Shown piece after piece: positions 38,019 through 54,023 of a stretch of DNA of 64,000 nucleotides. Every line of letters begins with the position of its first letter. Position 1 is the stretch's first letter. The notes under the pieces were generated by a model. The model was not told the DNA's origin. It saw only the letters and a program-made list of their open reading frames with translations, and did not search any database. The position numbers were made by a program, and so were the translations under genes. The DNA lies in assembly GCA_000165345.1 (NCBI GenBank), contig CM000429.1, positions 704,001-768,000 on the forward strand. The letters are read 5' to 3'.

Positions 38019-38936
38019 ATGGAATCTAATATTTTATGTGTGTTTACAGATGTAGATGGTACACTAGCAAATAATGAGAATCAACTTTCATTAAAAAATG
38101 CAAAAACTATTTCAGCCCTAATGGACTCTCATATTTTGTTAGTACCAGCAACAGGACGCTCCAAAGTGGGTTTTCTAAGAATGTTCACAGAAGATATTAT
38201 GGATATTGCCAAACATCATGGATTCCCAGGAATATTTTTTAATGGAGCAGTTTTGATTGGTCCAAATGGAATTGATGATATTATGAAAACTTGGACTATT
38301 TCTGATGAATGTATGATAGAACTCTGTAACTTATTAGATTCAATAAAAATTGAATGGCAACCTGAAGATGAAGGTTATGAAGAAGCCAAACTTAAAGGTG
38401 AAACACATAGAGGAGTTGCATATAGCGTTTATTTACTGAATGAATTTGTACACAATGTTAGAGGTAGTCATTTAAGATATGTTGAAGGTCTAAGTAGAGA
38501 GTTTTCAGTAAAAGTTGAAAGTGTTGTTGATGTCATTAAAAAAAATAAGAATCAATCTTTAAAGTTTATTATTGGTGAATCTAGGGAAAAACTTGAAGAA
38601 ATTAAAGATATTGTACATGCTTTTCTTAAAGATAAACCAGCAAGAGTCCTCTTTTCTCATCCTCTAATACTGGAGATATTACATATAGATTGTTCAAAGG
38701 GAAATGCTGCAGAACATTTACTCAAAACACTTAATATACATCCTGAAAATTGTCTAGCTATTGGAGATGCCGAAAATGATGTTGAGTTGCTTAAACTCTC
38801 AGGAATTTCTGTTGCTGTTGCTAATGCTTGTAATATGGCCAAAGGTGCCGCCCAGCATATAGTTTCATCTAATGATGATGACGGATTTTCGGAAGCTATT
38901 CAGAAATTCTGCAATATTCAAATCAATTTAGACTAG
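38019..38936 (+). CDS. HAD-superfamily Cof-type (IIB) hydrolase / sugar-phosphatase-like
   Basis: HAD motif I FTDVDGTL, motif II LVPATGRS, motif III/IV region K..GDAENDVELLKLSGISVAVANA. Cof-like cap between the motifs. Confidence 0.75.
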   Translation: MESNILCVFTDVDGTLANNENQLSLKNAKTISALMDSHILLVPATGRSKVGFLRMFTEDIMDIAKHHGFPGIFFNGAVLIGPNGIDDIMKTWTISDECMIELCNLLDSIKIEWQPEDEGYEEAKLKGETHRGVAYSVYLLNEFVHNVRGSHLRYVEGLSREFSVKVESVVDVIKKNKNQSLKFIIGESREKLEEIKDIVHAFLKDKPARVLFSHPLILEILHIDCSKGNAAEHLLKTLNIHPENCLAIGDAENDVELLKLSGISVAVANACNMAKGAAQHIVSSNDDDGFSEAIQKFCNIQINLD

Positions 38937-39763
38937 TTTTTCTTGAATAAAAGGTTACTCTTTTCCTTTTCTTCTACACCATTGATACCACTCTCAGTAA
39001 TATATTATAACTAATTCAGTCACTCACCCATTTCTTCTTTTTTGCTGTAGAAGAAGAAAGTTCAATTAACATTCATTTATTCACCTCAATATTTCTTTAT
39101 TCTCCATTAAATGGTAACTTCAATATTTAGGCGGCAACTGTTGTGCATGCACCACATGCAAATTACTCAATAATGTGGGGCGGGCACAATAAATAATAAA
39201 GGAAGTGCCATATTAGTTTGTGTAAATTTGTTGTGGTTTATTTTCACCAATGATAACAAATTCGGAACATAAAGTTACAAAAAGAATATCGTACATCGTT
39301 AATTAAAAGTAATTTAGTGATTATAAATCATTAAAATTTTGAATATGAAATTGGTTAGTAACAACTATAAGTAATTCGTTTTCTTATCATTTTATATTGT
39401 TACCATTTATATTCTTTTTTTATTGGACTTTTCAAGATTCCAGATATGTTTGAAATTATTGTTTTGAATTAATTTCGTGCATATCTATGTTTTTTTCTTT
39501 ACTAAATGGTCTTGTTAAAAATCACTATCTCTGATTCAATTTTTTCTTTTTTTCCCTGAATTATTGAAGATTATAGTTTACTAGAAACTAATATTATTTT
39601 TTGCCATAAAAATATTTAAAAAATATATATAGATATATTACATTACCGGTAAAAAAAAAAAAAAAAAAAAAAATTTAACCCCAAAAAACTTAAAATTCTC
39701 AAAAAAAAAAAATAAATACAAAAGAAAGGAATTGTAAAATTGATTAAAGTATTAAGGTTAAAA

Positions 39764-40332
39764 ATGTCAAAGCCTGATGTAGTTAAACAATTACAAATAA
39801 AAACATCTTCATTAAAAAGAATGATGAAAGATTTAGAAATGTATAAGAAAGAAGAAGAAGAATTCAAAGAAAACATAGAAAAGATGAAGGTAAGTTAATT
39901 TCTACCAATTTGGTAATATAATGATTAAATGTTATATTGCTAAACATAATGCAATTATTATTTTAATGAATTTATTTTAATAATATTTAGAATGATGGCA
40001 AAAACTTTCATGATATTCAACAACAAGAAAAATGCCTACATGAAACCTTACTAGTTTATCGTGATGTGTTAAAACGACTTTCTTTAGGATATTCTGACCT
40101 TCATAAACATTTGAAAGAGAATTTTGATGAAAATTATTCTAAATTAAGTAATTCATCAGAAAATAACTCTAATTTAGAAACGGAAGACCCAAAACATCAA
40201 TTAATTTCATCTGCTATTGCTGAATTAAAAAAGGTACAATCTGAATATGGAAACATTATTAAACTTGAAAGCCTTTCAATTGGAAATGACACAAAAAATG
40301 AATCGAATTCTAACAATACTGATTTTGTTTAG
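39764..40332 (+). CDS. tbca: tubulin-specific chaperone A (TBCA) (2 exons: 39764..39889, 39991..40332)
   Basis: Exon 1 MSKPDVVKQLQIKTSSLKRMMKDLEMYKKEEEEFKENIEKMK matches human TBCA MADPRVRQIKIKTGVVKRLVKEKVMYEKEAKQQEEKIEKMR. GTAAGT donor at 39890 and TAG acceptor ending 39990. Exon 2 continues the three-helix coiled coil. Confidence 0.8.
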
Positions 40333-40657
40333 ATTATTCTTTTAGCTATTATTAATTCCTATTTAAATATTATAATTATTTTTTTTTCCATCACTTATTT
40401 AAAAAAATAAAATAATTAAAACAATTACGTGTTTGACTAAATTATTATTATTATTATTTTTGCATGTGGTCAACTTTTGTACCGGTATTTACATGCATTA
40501 TTGAAAATAACTTTATGTGGACAAATTAATGCAAGAATTAAATTAAATTTTAGGAATGATATAGATTGAATTATTAAAAAATAATAAATTGGAACATGCA
40601 AAATAAAATTAATATTAAAATTGAACAAGTAAATAATTAATTAATTAATTTAATACA

Positions 40658-41176
40658 ATGAATGATAATGAAAACATCGAGAATTTGGTTGGACTATTAA
40701 AAAAAGTTGAGAGAAAACAGAGAAGGGAAGAATTTGAAAAATATAGAAAAGCTTCAGATGAAATACAGCATGAATTAAAACAATACTTGGTAAAATTTCA
40801 TCAAATAGCTAAAAAGTCAGAGAAAAAAGCTTTAGAACAAATTAATAATGAATATAAACAAGAAGAAAGAAGAATAGAAGAATCTTTAGAACAAATTAAA
40901 GATATTGAAGTACAATTTAATAAGATAAATTCAGAATATGAAAAAGGTAAAAAAAATTTACAAAGTAGAATTTCAAAATTAAAAGAAATGTACTCAACGC
41001 AATTAGAATTAATTCAAGAAGAAGAAAGGAAAGAATTGAGAATATTAAGAAAAGAGATGAAAAATTTACTTTTATTAACCAAAAAAGAGGCCTATCAATT
41101 TTCCAAGAATAATATAAAGTTTGGAAATATGAAAATAATTAACCTAATAAAAAGAATATCATCAGATTTAAATTAA
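40658..41176 (+). CDS. small coiled-coil protein (172 aa), family unassigned
   Basis: Heptad-rich K/E sequence throughout. No catalytic motifs. Confidence 0.5.
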   Translation: MNDNENIENLVGLLKKVERKQRREEFEKYRKASDEIQHELKQYLVKFHQIAKKSEKKALEQINNEYKQEERRIEESLEQIKDIEVQFNKINSEYEKGKKNLQSRISKLKEMYSTQLELIQEEERKELRILRKEMKNLLLLTKKEAYQFSKNNIKFGNMKIINLIKRISSDLN

Positions 41177-41202
41177 ATATTAAAATTAACATTACGTTAC
41201 TA

Positions 41203-43362
41203 TTATAATTTTGATGGCATTGGACCAATACATTCATTAATATCTTGATTTGTAACTGTTTCTTTATTTAAAAGTAAATCAGAAAGTTTATGGACCTGCT
41301 CTTTTTTTAAAATTAATAATTCTTTAACACGAGAATATTGATCATTAATCATCTTTCTTATACAATTATCTATTGCCTGAGATGTAGCTTCAGAATATGG
41401 TTTATATAAAGAATAACTACTGGTATTATTTGAATTTGAAGAAGTTCCATCAATATTCATATTGGAATTAAAAGTTGTTAATCCAATCTGAGGGTCCATT
41501 CCGTATAAAGTTATCATTGAATTAGCAATCATTGTAGCTTTTTGGAGATCATCATATGCACCTGTTGTAATCGATTCTGAATATAACTCTTCAGAAGCCC
41601 TTCCTGCTAATAGAACTGCAATTTTATCAAGCAAAGCCTCTTTTGAAAGAAGTCTTAATTCATTTGGAACCATTTGAGCAAATCCTAAAGCACCTCCTGT
41701 TCTTGGTACTATAGAAACTTTTAATATAGGATCAGCATGTTTTAAATACCAACCAGCAATTGCATGACCAGATTCATGTAAACTAACAATTTTCTTCTCT
41801 TTTGGTGAAAGATAACCATCCAATTTCTTAAGACCGCCAATAATTCTATCAGATGCTTTATCAAAATCAATCAAATCAACTCCAGAATTACTAGTTCGCC
41901 TTGCTGCATGTATAGCAGCTTCATTACATAAATTTCTAATTTCAGATCCAACAAAACCTGGAGATAAGCAAGCAAGATATTTAATTAACTCATCTTTATT
42001 CAATTTTTCATTCAACTTTAAAGGTTTTAGATGGATCTTAAAAATCTCTTTACGCTCTTCAAGATTTGGTCTTTCAATATTAATAATCCTATCAAATCTT
42101 CCTGGACGTGTTAATGCGGGATCTAATACATCAGAACGATTTGTTCCTGCTAAAACTATTACTCCATTATTTTCAGTAAATCCATCCATTTCTACAAGAA
42201 TCTGATTAAGAGTGCTTTCTCTCTCATCATTAGATGAAGCAGCAAATCCACCCCCTTTTGCACGCTTTCTTCCAACTGCATCAATTTCATCAATAAAAAC
42301 AATACTTGGAGATAATTTTCTTGCCTGTGAAAATAATTCTCTTACTCTACTTGCACCCATTCCAACAAAAATCTCAATAAAATCACTTCCAGATATATAA
42401 AAAAATGGTACATTAGCTTCACCAGCAACAGCTTTTGCCAATAATGTTTTACCGGTACCTGGTGGTCCTACCAATAAAGCACCTTTTGGTATTTTTGCAC
42501 CAAGATCTTGAAATCTTTTTGGATCTTTTAAGAATTCTACCAATTCATATATTTCTTGTTTGGCTTCTTTCATTCCAGCAATATCACTAAATTTAATATT
42601 TTTATTCATATTTTTAACTTGGCTAAAACTTGAATAATTTGATTTAATTAATCTATCTGAAGCTGAATTACTTATAGATTTTGAGAAAGATCTTAATAAT
42701 AATAAAGCTATTGTAATTCCTATTGCTCTTGGAAGTAAATCATTCACAATTTTTTTAAATGATATTAAATGAGAGTATTCTATTGGAACAAAATTTAAAG
42801 TATTCAAACCCATTGAATCTTGTACTTGTTTCATTTTACTCTCAAATGAAGAAAAATCTCCAATACTAAAGTAAATGATTTTTAATTTTGGATTATTTAC
42901 ATTTTCTTTCAAGTAAGCTTTACCTCTTTCATTATTTACTTGAATTCTATCAACATAACCTTTGCTCAAGTATAAATTCACAAATTCTTGAAGAGTTATG
43001 GTATTTTTATATTCATCATATTTCATCTTTGAAAATAATCCAAGACTTGAAATCCCAAATATTGAAATTAAAAACTTATCAAATTTTAATCTATCATTTT
43101 GGCTATTAAAATTGGTATTTTCTTTATTATTTAATTCAAAATTCTTTCTATATGGGATTTTTTTACTTTTGTTGATATTCAACTTATTTTTCATCCAATA
43201 ATTTACTGCAAAACGACTCAAAGCTCCATTTTGATATGTTGGTGATAATTTCAATAAAGAACTACTTTTTTGACTTAATAATTTAAATAATGTATTTGAG
43301 TAAGTATTACTTTGGGAAAATCCCTTTTTTATCATAAAATTAACCAATTGAGCATTTAGCAT
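41203..43362 (-). CDS. mitochondrial m-AAA protease (AFG3-like/paraplegin-like FtsH family; AAA+ ATPase + M41 zinc metalloprotease)
   Basis: Walker [19 protein letters not shown], Walker [10 protein letters not shown], second region of homology, [35 protein letters not shown] (HExxH zinc site; very close to AFG3L2 [34 protein letters not shown]). Confidence 0.85.
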   Translation of the reverse strand: MLNAQLVNFMIKKGFSQSNTYSNTLFKLLSQKSSSLLKLSPTYQNGALSRFAVNYWMKNKLNINKSKKIPYRKNFELNNKENTNFNSQNDRLKFDKFLISIFGISSLGLFSKMKYDEYKNTITLQEFVNLYLSKGYVDRIQVNNERGKAYLKENVNNPKLKIIYFSIGDFSSFESKMKQVQDSMGLNTLNFVPIEYSHLISFKKIVNDLLPRAIGITIALLLLRSFSKSISNSASDRLIKSNYSSFSQVKNMNKNIKFSDIAGMKEAKQEIYELVEFLKDPKRFQDLGAKIPKGALLVGPPGTGKTLLAKAVAGEANVPFFYISGSDFIEIFVGMGASRVRELFSQARKLSPSIVFIDEIDAVGRKRAKGGGFAASSNDERESTLNQILVEMDGFTENNGVIVLAGTNRSDVLDPALTRPGRFDRIINIERPNLEERKEIFKIHLKPLKLNEKLNKDELIKYLACLSPGFVGSEIRNLCNEAAIHAARRTSNSGVDLIDFDKASDRIIGGLKKLDGYLSPKEKKIVSLHESGHAIAGWYLKHADPILKVSIVPRTGGALGFAQMVPNELRLLSKEALLDKIAVLLAGRASEELYSESITTGAYDDLQKATMIANSMITLYGMDPQIGLTTFNSNMNIDGTSSNSNNTSSYSLYKPYSEATSQAIDNCIRKMINDQYSRVKELLILKKEQVHKLSDLLLNKETVTNQDINECIGPMPSKL

Positions 43363-43523
43363 TACTTTTTATACTTACTTTTATACTAATGCATCATCAA
43401 TCAAACAAATAATATATATTATCTTAGTAAAGTCTCATTTCCAGATTTAAAAAAAATAAGAAGAAATATAATAGGTCAAAATTTTAATCATATTAATTGT
43501 CAGAAAAATAATGATTCAAGAAA

Positions 43524-43536
43524 TTTCCCGCCAAAA
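43524..43536. promoter_or_regulatory. E2F-like box TTTCCCGCCAAAA in the divergent intergenic region between the AFG3-like gene (-) and the CS-domain gene (+)
   Basis: Read directly: aaaTTTCCCGCCAAAActttg. A perfect reverse-orientation E2F consensus. Confidence 0.35.
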
Positions 43537-43801
43537 CTTTGCAATATTTGTATTAGTCTTGAAAAAAAATAATTGGTAATAATATTGTGGGAAAAGAAGC
43601 TATTGAATTAAAAAAAAAGTTGGCAAATATTTGACAATAATAGAAATTAGTTTATTTTTGATATGGTGATTGTGTGGATTTATTAATAATTCATCAAATT
43701 ATTTAAAGAAAAAAATTGGATTAAATTTGAAAATAATTCAATTAAGTCTAAATTAAATAAATAACTAATACAAAGAAATTTATTTAGGAAATTAATCTAT
43801 A

Positions 43802-44437
<636 letters not shown>

Positions 44438-44567
44438 AATAGAAAAAAAAAATAAATAAGAAAATAAAATTTAAATGATTATTTATAATTAAAAGTATAG
44501 AAATATTTATCTATATATGCATAAATATATGCATGCAAATATAAGTATTTATCCACCAGACTTACAG

Positions 44568-45392
44568 CTATTCATTAATTGTTGCAACATCCCAGGGACC
44601 AAATATGACATTTTTATAATTTGAACCACAATAAACATATAATATAGTTCCGGAAATAATTACAGCACAAATAATGGTGTAAACAATATTAAGTGGATAA
44701 TATAAAAACCAAATTGGGGTAATAGATGTAATTGGCGTTAGTACATAAAGATAAACCTTTGGTAAATTATTCCATAAATTATGTCTTACCATTCTGCTAA
44801 AATATAAAATATGTATACTGAAGCATAGAAAAAAGTAAACTTGTATATTATTTTCAAGTCTAGATGCAAGTAATATGGATCCAAGCATTGAAAGATTTAA
44901 TGCAACAACATCAGTATTTTGATGTTCAATTTCTTTCAGGTCCTTGTAAATAATTGTATAATCATGTGATAAAAGGTAAAGTAAAAAAGCTATAGTACAA
45001 AGCGCAATAATTGTATCGTCACTGAAAGAAGCTGTTAATGTGATTAATATAGGTGAGACCAACCATAAGAATCCAAAAATTACAAGTAAATTAACGTTAG
45101 GGGAGATAAAGATATACATAATTGATAATAGTGAAAGATCAAGTAAAGCCAGAAATTCAAAGCTTAAAAATCCAATATAAAGATTATACCAAATTAATAT
45201 AGTTTGAATAAGTAGTCCAAGCACTTGAAGTACACCAATTAATCTAATTAGTATATCATAATAATTATGTTGAATACTTGTAATGTGCGTTACATTATAT
45301 TTTAAATATTCTTCATAATTATCATTATCGTCAATTGAAATGTCATTTGGAGAACCTTCTTGGAACTCTCTATATAAAACTTTATGAACCAT
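44568..45392 (-). CDS. pigc: phosphatidylinositol N-acetylglucosaminyltransferase subunit C (PIG-C/GPI2), multi-pass membrane protein
   Basis: Blocks KVLYREF..NY, LTASFSDDTIIALCTIAFLLYLLSHDY, LASRL and C-terminal GPWDVATINE align with human PIGC [55 protein letters not shown]. About 7 TM helices. Confidence 0.75.
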   Translation of the reverse strand: MVHKVLYREFQEGSPNDISIDDNDNYEEYLKYNVTHITSIQHNYYDILIRLIGVLQVLGLLIQTILIWYNLYIGFLSFEFLALLDLSLLSIMYIFISPNVNLLVIFGFLWLVSPILITLTASFSDDTIIALCTIAFLLYLLSHDYTIIYKDLKEIEHQNTDVVALNLSMLGSILLASRLENNIQVYFFLCFSIHILYFSRMVRHNLWNNLPKVYLYVLTPITSITPIWFLYYPLNIVYTIICAVIISGTILYVYCGSNYKNVIFGPWDVATINE

Positions 45393-46615
45393 ATAAATTA
45401 ATTAATGCAGAAGCTATTCACGACAATCGCTTGATCAATTGTAGTATTAATATAATCCAAAATATTCATTCAATTATCCAATATTAATAATTAGAAACTT
45501 AATTAATCATTTATTTATTTACAAAATTGATCAATTCATGTATTGTTTGTAATGATATTAAAATTAAATGATTCTTTAATTACATATAAAAGATTAAATA
45601 TTTCATTATATTTAAATCGTATGTGATCAATTTACTAATAAATATTTATTAGTAAAAAATCAAGTTCATATACAGAAAACTATATTAAATTCAACAAATT
45701 TCCATGTTAAAGATCTTTAAGTAATATTAATAATTTTTTTTGTATTATTCAAGAGCAAATATTATTTTTTTTATTTTTTTTTATTTTTTTTTATTATTAT
45801 TTTACTATTATTATTAATAATAATATTATTATTTATTACTATAATAATATCAATATTATTATCTCCTCATACTTTTCTTGTGTTAATGCTACCTTGATTT
45901 GCCCTTTATTCTGCCCCCATCCTAACTTTAACCTCTGTAGATTATGCTAATAAATCACGGCGGAGACTAGACGTGGCGCAAAGGACTCTTTGCGTTGGGT
46001 AAATTTGTGGGGCAACGCAGATTCTATGTGGATGTCAAAAGTGACGTGTTTGGTTCTGAACCGGTATAGGGATTTGATTAATTGCATGTACAACTATGTG
46101 GACAATTTTTTTAAAAAAATGCATGTGAATATGCATGCATAGATGCGAAAAATAATAATAACAAACAAAGTGGATTTCTCAGTAATTATTGAGAAAAAGA
46201 ACTACAAAGATAAGTTGGAAATAAGAGAATAAAAAAAGGGAATAATAACAATAATAATTAATTGTAAAAACTTGGGATAATGTTAATATCAGAGACGAGT
46301 GCAACAAGCACAATGAAATATCAACAAAGATCCGATAATTGTATTTAATATAGGCATGACTTAGCACCATAAGATCAGTGAACTCTCAAATTGTTTTTTT
46401 ATTCAAGAAGTTATCAATTACAGTGACTCTGTATGCCAAAAAATTAAATGAATTCAAATTAATATTTATGAGAATAAATTTGTATTCATTGAAAAGGGAG
46501 AAAATAAAATTTGAAAATGGAGTTGACTTTTTTTTAAAAATAACGAAGTTACATTTTAATGGGTAATAAGTATTAATATATACATTAAAGAAATGAAAAA
46601 TTATAATTTTTACTA

Positions 46616-47998
46616 TTATTCACCAGAAAGTCCAAATTTATTAGTCCATTCAGTGAATTTGTCAATATCAAGATTTGTAATTGAAGATTTGGTTTTTGAT
46701 AATACATGAATAAGGTCAGATTTAGTTAATTTTGGAGGTAAAAGCTGGTTGTTCGGAATATCATAAAGTGAAGTTTTTCTATATAGTTCTTTATCATAAT
46801 GATCAATATTTGAAGGTTGGGAACAAGGAGTCCAATAAATCTTAAAATTTTCAGCATTATTATTAGTGATTTCATCATTATTATTCATTATAACAACTTT
46901 TTTAAACCAATTGGATTCACTACATTTACGTATTGGTTCAAATAAAGCATCTTTAATTAATATAGAGACATCGCTGGAACTATAACCATGAGTCATCTTT
47001 GCTATATAATTAATATCATCATCAATTAAAGAATGATTAATGGATTTTAAACCATTCTTAATCAACAATACACGGGATTCTTCATCTGGAAGTGGGATAT
47101 AAATTCTTCTTTCAAATCTCCTACGAATTCCTGAATCAATTTCCCAGGGTATATTTGTAGTACCAAGTACTAGAATGGGCTTAAAATTGTTGTTATTAGA
47201 ATTTGAATTTACGCCATCCATTTGAACAAGAAATTCTGTTTTAATACGTCTGGTTGCTTCATTTTCTTGTTCATTACGGCTACTACATAAACTATCAATT
47301 TCATCAATAAAAATGATAGAAGGAGCTCTTTCTCTAGCAACATCAAATAAAGCTTTAATTAGCTTTTCTGATTCACCTTGCCATTTACTAGTAAGATCAG
47401 CACTAGAAATGGAAAGAAATGTACCCTTCATTTCAGTTGCACAAGCTTTAGCAAGAAAAGTTTTTCCAGTACCTGGTGGTCCATATAAAAGAATGCCTTT
47501 CCAAGGCTTTAATTTTCCTTGAAATAATTCAGGAAATTTGGCTGGTAGAATTACTGCCTCTTTAAGAGAAGTTTTTGCTTGTTCAAGTCCTATAATATCA
47601 TCCCAAGAGATATTTGGGCTTTCCATTAAAATACAACTACGGATTGCATCTTTAAGAGGATCATTAATATTTGATGGATTTTGGGAACTTTTAGAAATAT
47701 TTTCTGAAGATGAAGATGATGATAAACCTGGTGTTGAAGTTGAAGCTAAATTTGGATTAGAAATGGTTTTTGATCCTTTTCCATTGTTATTAATCAAATT
47801 CTTTATTTGTTCAGCTCTGGAAACTAATTGTTCCATTCTAGTAAGAAGAACTTTTTTAACTCTTTCATCATTTTGATATTTACAAATATGGTCCCATTTT
47901 TGAAGAGCTGAAATATATATATTCAATGCTTCTTCCAGATTCCCAATCTTTTCTTTTTCAGTACCTTGTTTAATGAGATCCAGAATATTGTTAATCAT
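46616..47998 (-). CDS. vps4: vacuolar protein sorting 4 (VPS4), MIT domain + AAA ATPase
   Basis: N-terminal MIT helix pair. [58 protein letters not shown] and C-terminal KFTEWTNKFG are nearly collinear with human VPS4A/B. Confidence 0.9.
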   Translation of the reverse strand: MINNILDLIKQGTEKEKIGNLEEALNIYISALQKWDHICKYQNDERVKKVLLTRMEQLVSRAEQIKNLINNNGKGSKTISNPNLASTSTPGLSSSSSSENISKSSQNPSNINDPLKDAIRSCILMESPNISWDDIIGLEQAKTSLKEAVILPAKFPELFQGKLKPWKGILLYGPPGTGKTFLAKACATEMKGTFLSISSADLTSKWQGESEKLIKALFDVARERAPSIIFIDEIDSLCSSRNEQENEATRRIKTEFLVQMDGVNSNSNNNNFKPILVLGTTNIPWEIDSGIRRRFERRIYIPLPDEESRVLLIKNGLKSINHSLIDDDINYIAKMTHGYSSSDVSILIKDALFEPIRKCSESNWFKKVVIMNNNDEITNNNAENFKIYWTPCSQPSNIDHYDKELYRKTSLYDIPNNQLLPPKLTKSDLIHVLSKTKSSITNLDIDKFTEWTNKFGLSGE

Positions 47999-48418
47999 TT
48001 CAAATCATTTTTTTTTAAATTAAAATAATAATCAGCTTTAAGAATAAAAGTAAGTAATAATAACAATAATAATCTTTCAATAATTTACAGTTGCTGGTAT
48101 TGCATTGAAGTTTCTTTTTCTAATTAATTAATTTATTAACTTGGATTTTCAAAATTACTCAAGATGATTTTAAAAAAAATGGTCAATTATCACTATATTA
48201 AATTGGTAAAAGTAATAATAATATAATTATTATTTTTCGTTATTATTATCGCATTAATTAATTTTACTAATATTTATTCTTTTATTAAAAAATTATTATT
48301 AATCATTTGGGCGGGCTCAGAGACGTGTATAACATATATTGAAAAATACAATAATATTTGATATAAGGTCTAAAATTCAAGTAAGGTAAAGGATTAATAA
48401 AACTTATAAATTAGAATT

Positions 48419-49570
<1,152 letters not shown>

Positions 49571-49792
49571 TTTTCTTTTTCTTTAATAAATACTAATAAT
49601 ATAATTATACAAGTAAAAAAAAAATGAATTTATTATAATCTTCTCTTTACAATTAATTATTAGTGTTATTGTTTTTTATAGTTAACTTATATCTAATAAT
49701 TTTAATTTCTTATTTTATAGTTATCCTCTTTCTATATTCTGTGCTTAAAATTAATTTCTTATTACCCACAGAAGAAATGTATTTTTTGCCAT

Positions 49793-49805
49793 TTTGGCGC
49801 CAAGT
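49793..49805. promoter_or_regulatory. E2F-like box TTTTGGCGCCAAG ~175 bp upstream of psf2 (GINS) ATG
   Basis: Read directly: ccaTTTTGGCGCCAAGtgtg. GC-rich island in AT-rich upstream DNA. Confidence 0.4.
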
Positions 49806-49976
49806 GTGTGTAAATTCTTTAAACAAATTATTTTATTGTTTGTAACGTTAATGAAAGGTATCGAATAATTAAAATAAATTTTGAATTAATAAGGACAAGT
49901 AAAAACAATCAAGGTTGTAGATTTTGTTGAAATTTATATCATAAACAAAATAACAGCTTTTTTCATTGAAATTATA

Positions 49977-50801
49977 ATGAGCAATTTAACATGTCCTTTT
50001 GAAATAAAAAGTGATAAGGGTATTTCCTTTGAAGAGAGTTTATTTATTGCAGAAGAACAAACTTATGTGGATATTATCCCCAATATAAAGATGGAAAAAA
50101 AGTTAATATTTTCAGTAAGTTCAAATTTTTTGGAAAATATCAAGTAAAAATCATTTCTTTTTTAATTTCTAGGTTGAAATTGGGCCATTTATACCTTATC
50201 AAAAGAGCAAAGTACCTCTATGGATTGCAAAGTATTTGGATTCCAAAAATCTATGTAAACTAATACCTCCAAATTGGCTCACTCAAGAAGGACTTAGAAA
50301 ATTACTTGTCGATGAAGATAAACTTGGACAAGAAACATTTTGCTTTATTGATTTTTATTATTATCAAATTGCAAATATATATTTCCAACTTAGAAATGAT
50401 CCATTTAATGGAAAAAAAAGTAAAGTAAAAAGTAAGTTAAATTAATACATGTATTAATATTTCAATAAATACACACTATAAATATTGTAATTTAATTATA
50501 TATAATTTCACTTATTATATTTCTTTTTCCCATTTTAGAACTTTTCCAAGACCTAATCAATAGAAGACAAGCTAAACTGAAGGCAAACTATAAACATTTG
50601 ACTCTTCCTAAAGCATTGGATGTTTCAAACTTGGGGCTTATTGAACTAAATTTTGGTTCAAATGAATGCTTTCACACACTTTCTGATCTACAAAATCTTT
50701 GGATAAATACTCTACCTATCAATTCTACTACCCAACTGCAAACCCAACAATATTCCTCCCAAGAAGATGAATACGACAATCATCATTATTATGCTGATTA
50801 A
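49977..50801 (+). CDS. gins2: GINS complex subunit Psf2 (3 exons: 49977..50114, 50173..50431, 50539..50801)
   Basis: Exon 2 VEIGPFIPYQKSKVPLWIAKYLDSKNLCKLIPPNWL matches human GINS2 [33 protein letters not shown]. Exon 3 LFQDLINRRQAKLK matches IRTLVKDMWDTRIAKLR. GTAAGT donors at 50115 and 50432; acceptors end at 50172 and 50538; phases consistent. Confidence 0.8.
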
Positions 50802-50855
50802 TATTTAATTATTATATATAATTTATTTCCAATCATTTTAATATTCCACTGAATC

Positions 50856-50934
50856 CAAAGGCGCGCGCGCCGATTGCTGTATATTAGTGGATGTAATATA
50901 TGGTACCGAAATTATTAAAATGTTTTGGCGGTAA
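50856..50934. promoter_or_regulatory. GC-rich promoter island upstream of mus81: GGCGCGCGCGCC palindrome plus TTTTGGCGGTAA E2F-like box
   Basis: caaaGGCGCGCGCGCCgat at 50856-50874 and tgTTTTGGCGGTAAc at 50921-50935, 310-390 bp upstream of the mus81 ATG at 51245. Confidence 0.35.
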
Positions 50935-51244
50935 CATTGGAGAATAATGGTAAAATAAATATTTTCTTAAAAAAAAGGTAACGAAATGGGGGGAAAATGT
51001 GCGAAATTATTTTTTAGTATACATATTATAAAAATTTTGATTGTGTGTGTTTATCTCTTTTAATATTTTCAAATAATATTCGTCATTTAATTTATAATTA
51101 ACTTTTTTTTTTTAATATTTCAATCTCTTTATTAATCTGAACTTTAGTTTTCATTTTCAAAAGTAAAATAATGGAATGAAGAAAATATAATAAATCAACA
51201 AGAATTTAATCAAAATTTGAAAAAAAAAATCACCTGAATTACAT

Positions 51245-53449
<2,205 letters not shown>

Positions 53450-54023
53450 TCTTTTTTATGTTTATTTTTTCTTTCTTTAGTTATACATGGTAGATTTATT
53501 ATTGATAACCATAATATTATCGAAATGATCAATATACTTGTTAATATACTGAATAATATAGCCAAGTACTTAATTTCCATATATTCTTTCCTAGACTTTT
53601 TAAAAATAGTAATTCAATTCTTTGCAACTTTTCTTTTTAAATGTTACCCCTCTTTACTTTTTTTTAATGATATTCCCCTTTTATTGTGTGTGCCTTACGT
53701 GTCAATATTGTATATCCAAGAACAAATCGCAAATTGCCTTTCCCGCCAACATGTTTACCTTGAAATATTGTGCAATTTTATAAAGAAAAAAAAAAAGTAT
53801 TTAGTGGTTATTTTCATAGTGAGAAAAAATGGATAAATAATTTAACCAACTAATCAAAAATATTAACAAATTAATTTTCATGATTGTGTTATTCAGTAAT
53901 AATGTGTTTCGTGGTGGGGGGAAGAAGAAAACAATAATAATCAAAAGATGACGTGTGGGCGGTAAAAACATGCAATTTAGAATAAATATATTTTGTGTAA
54001 ATATAATTATTAATAATAAATCA

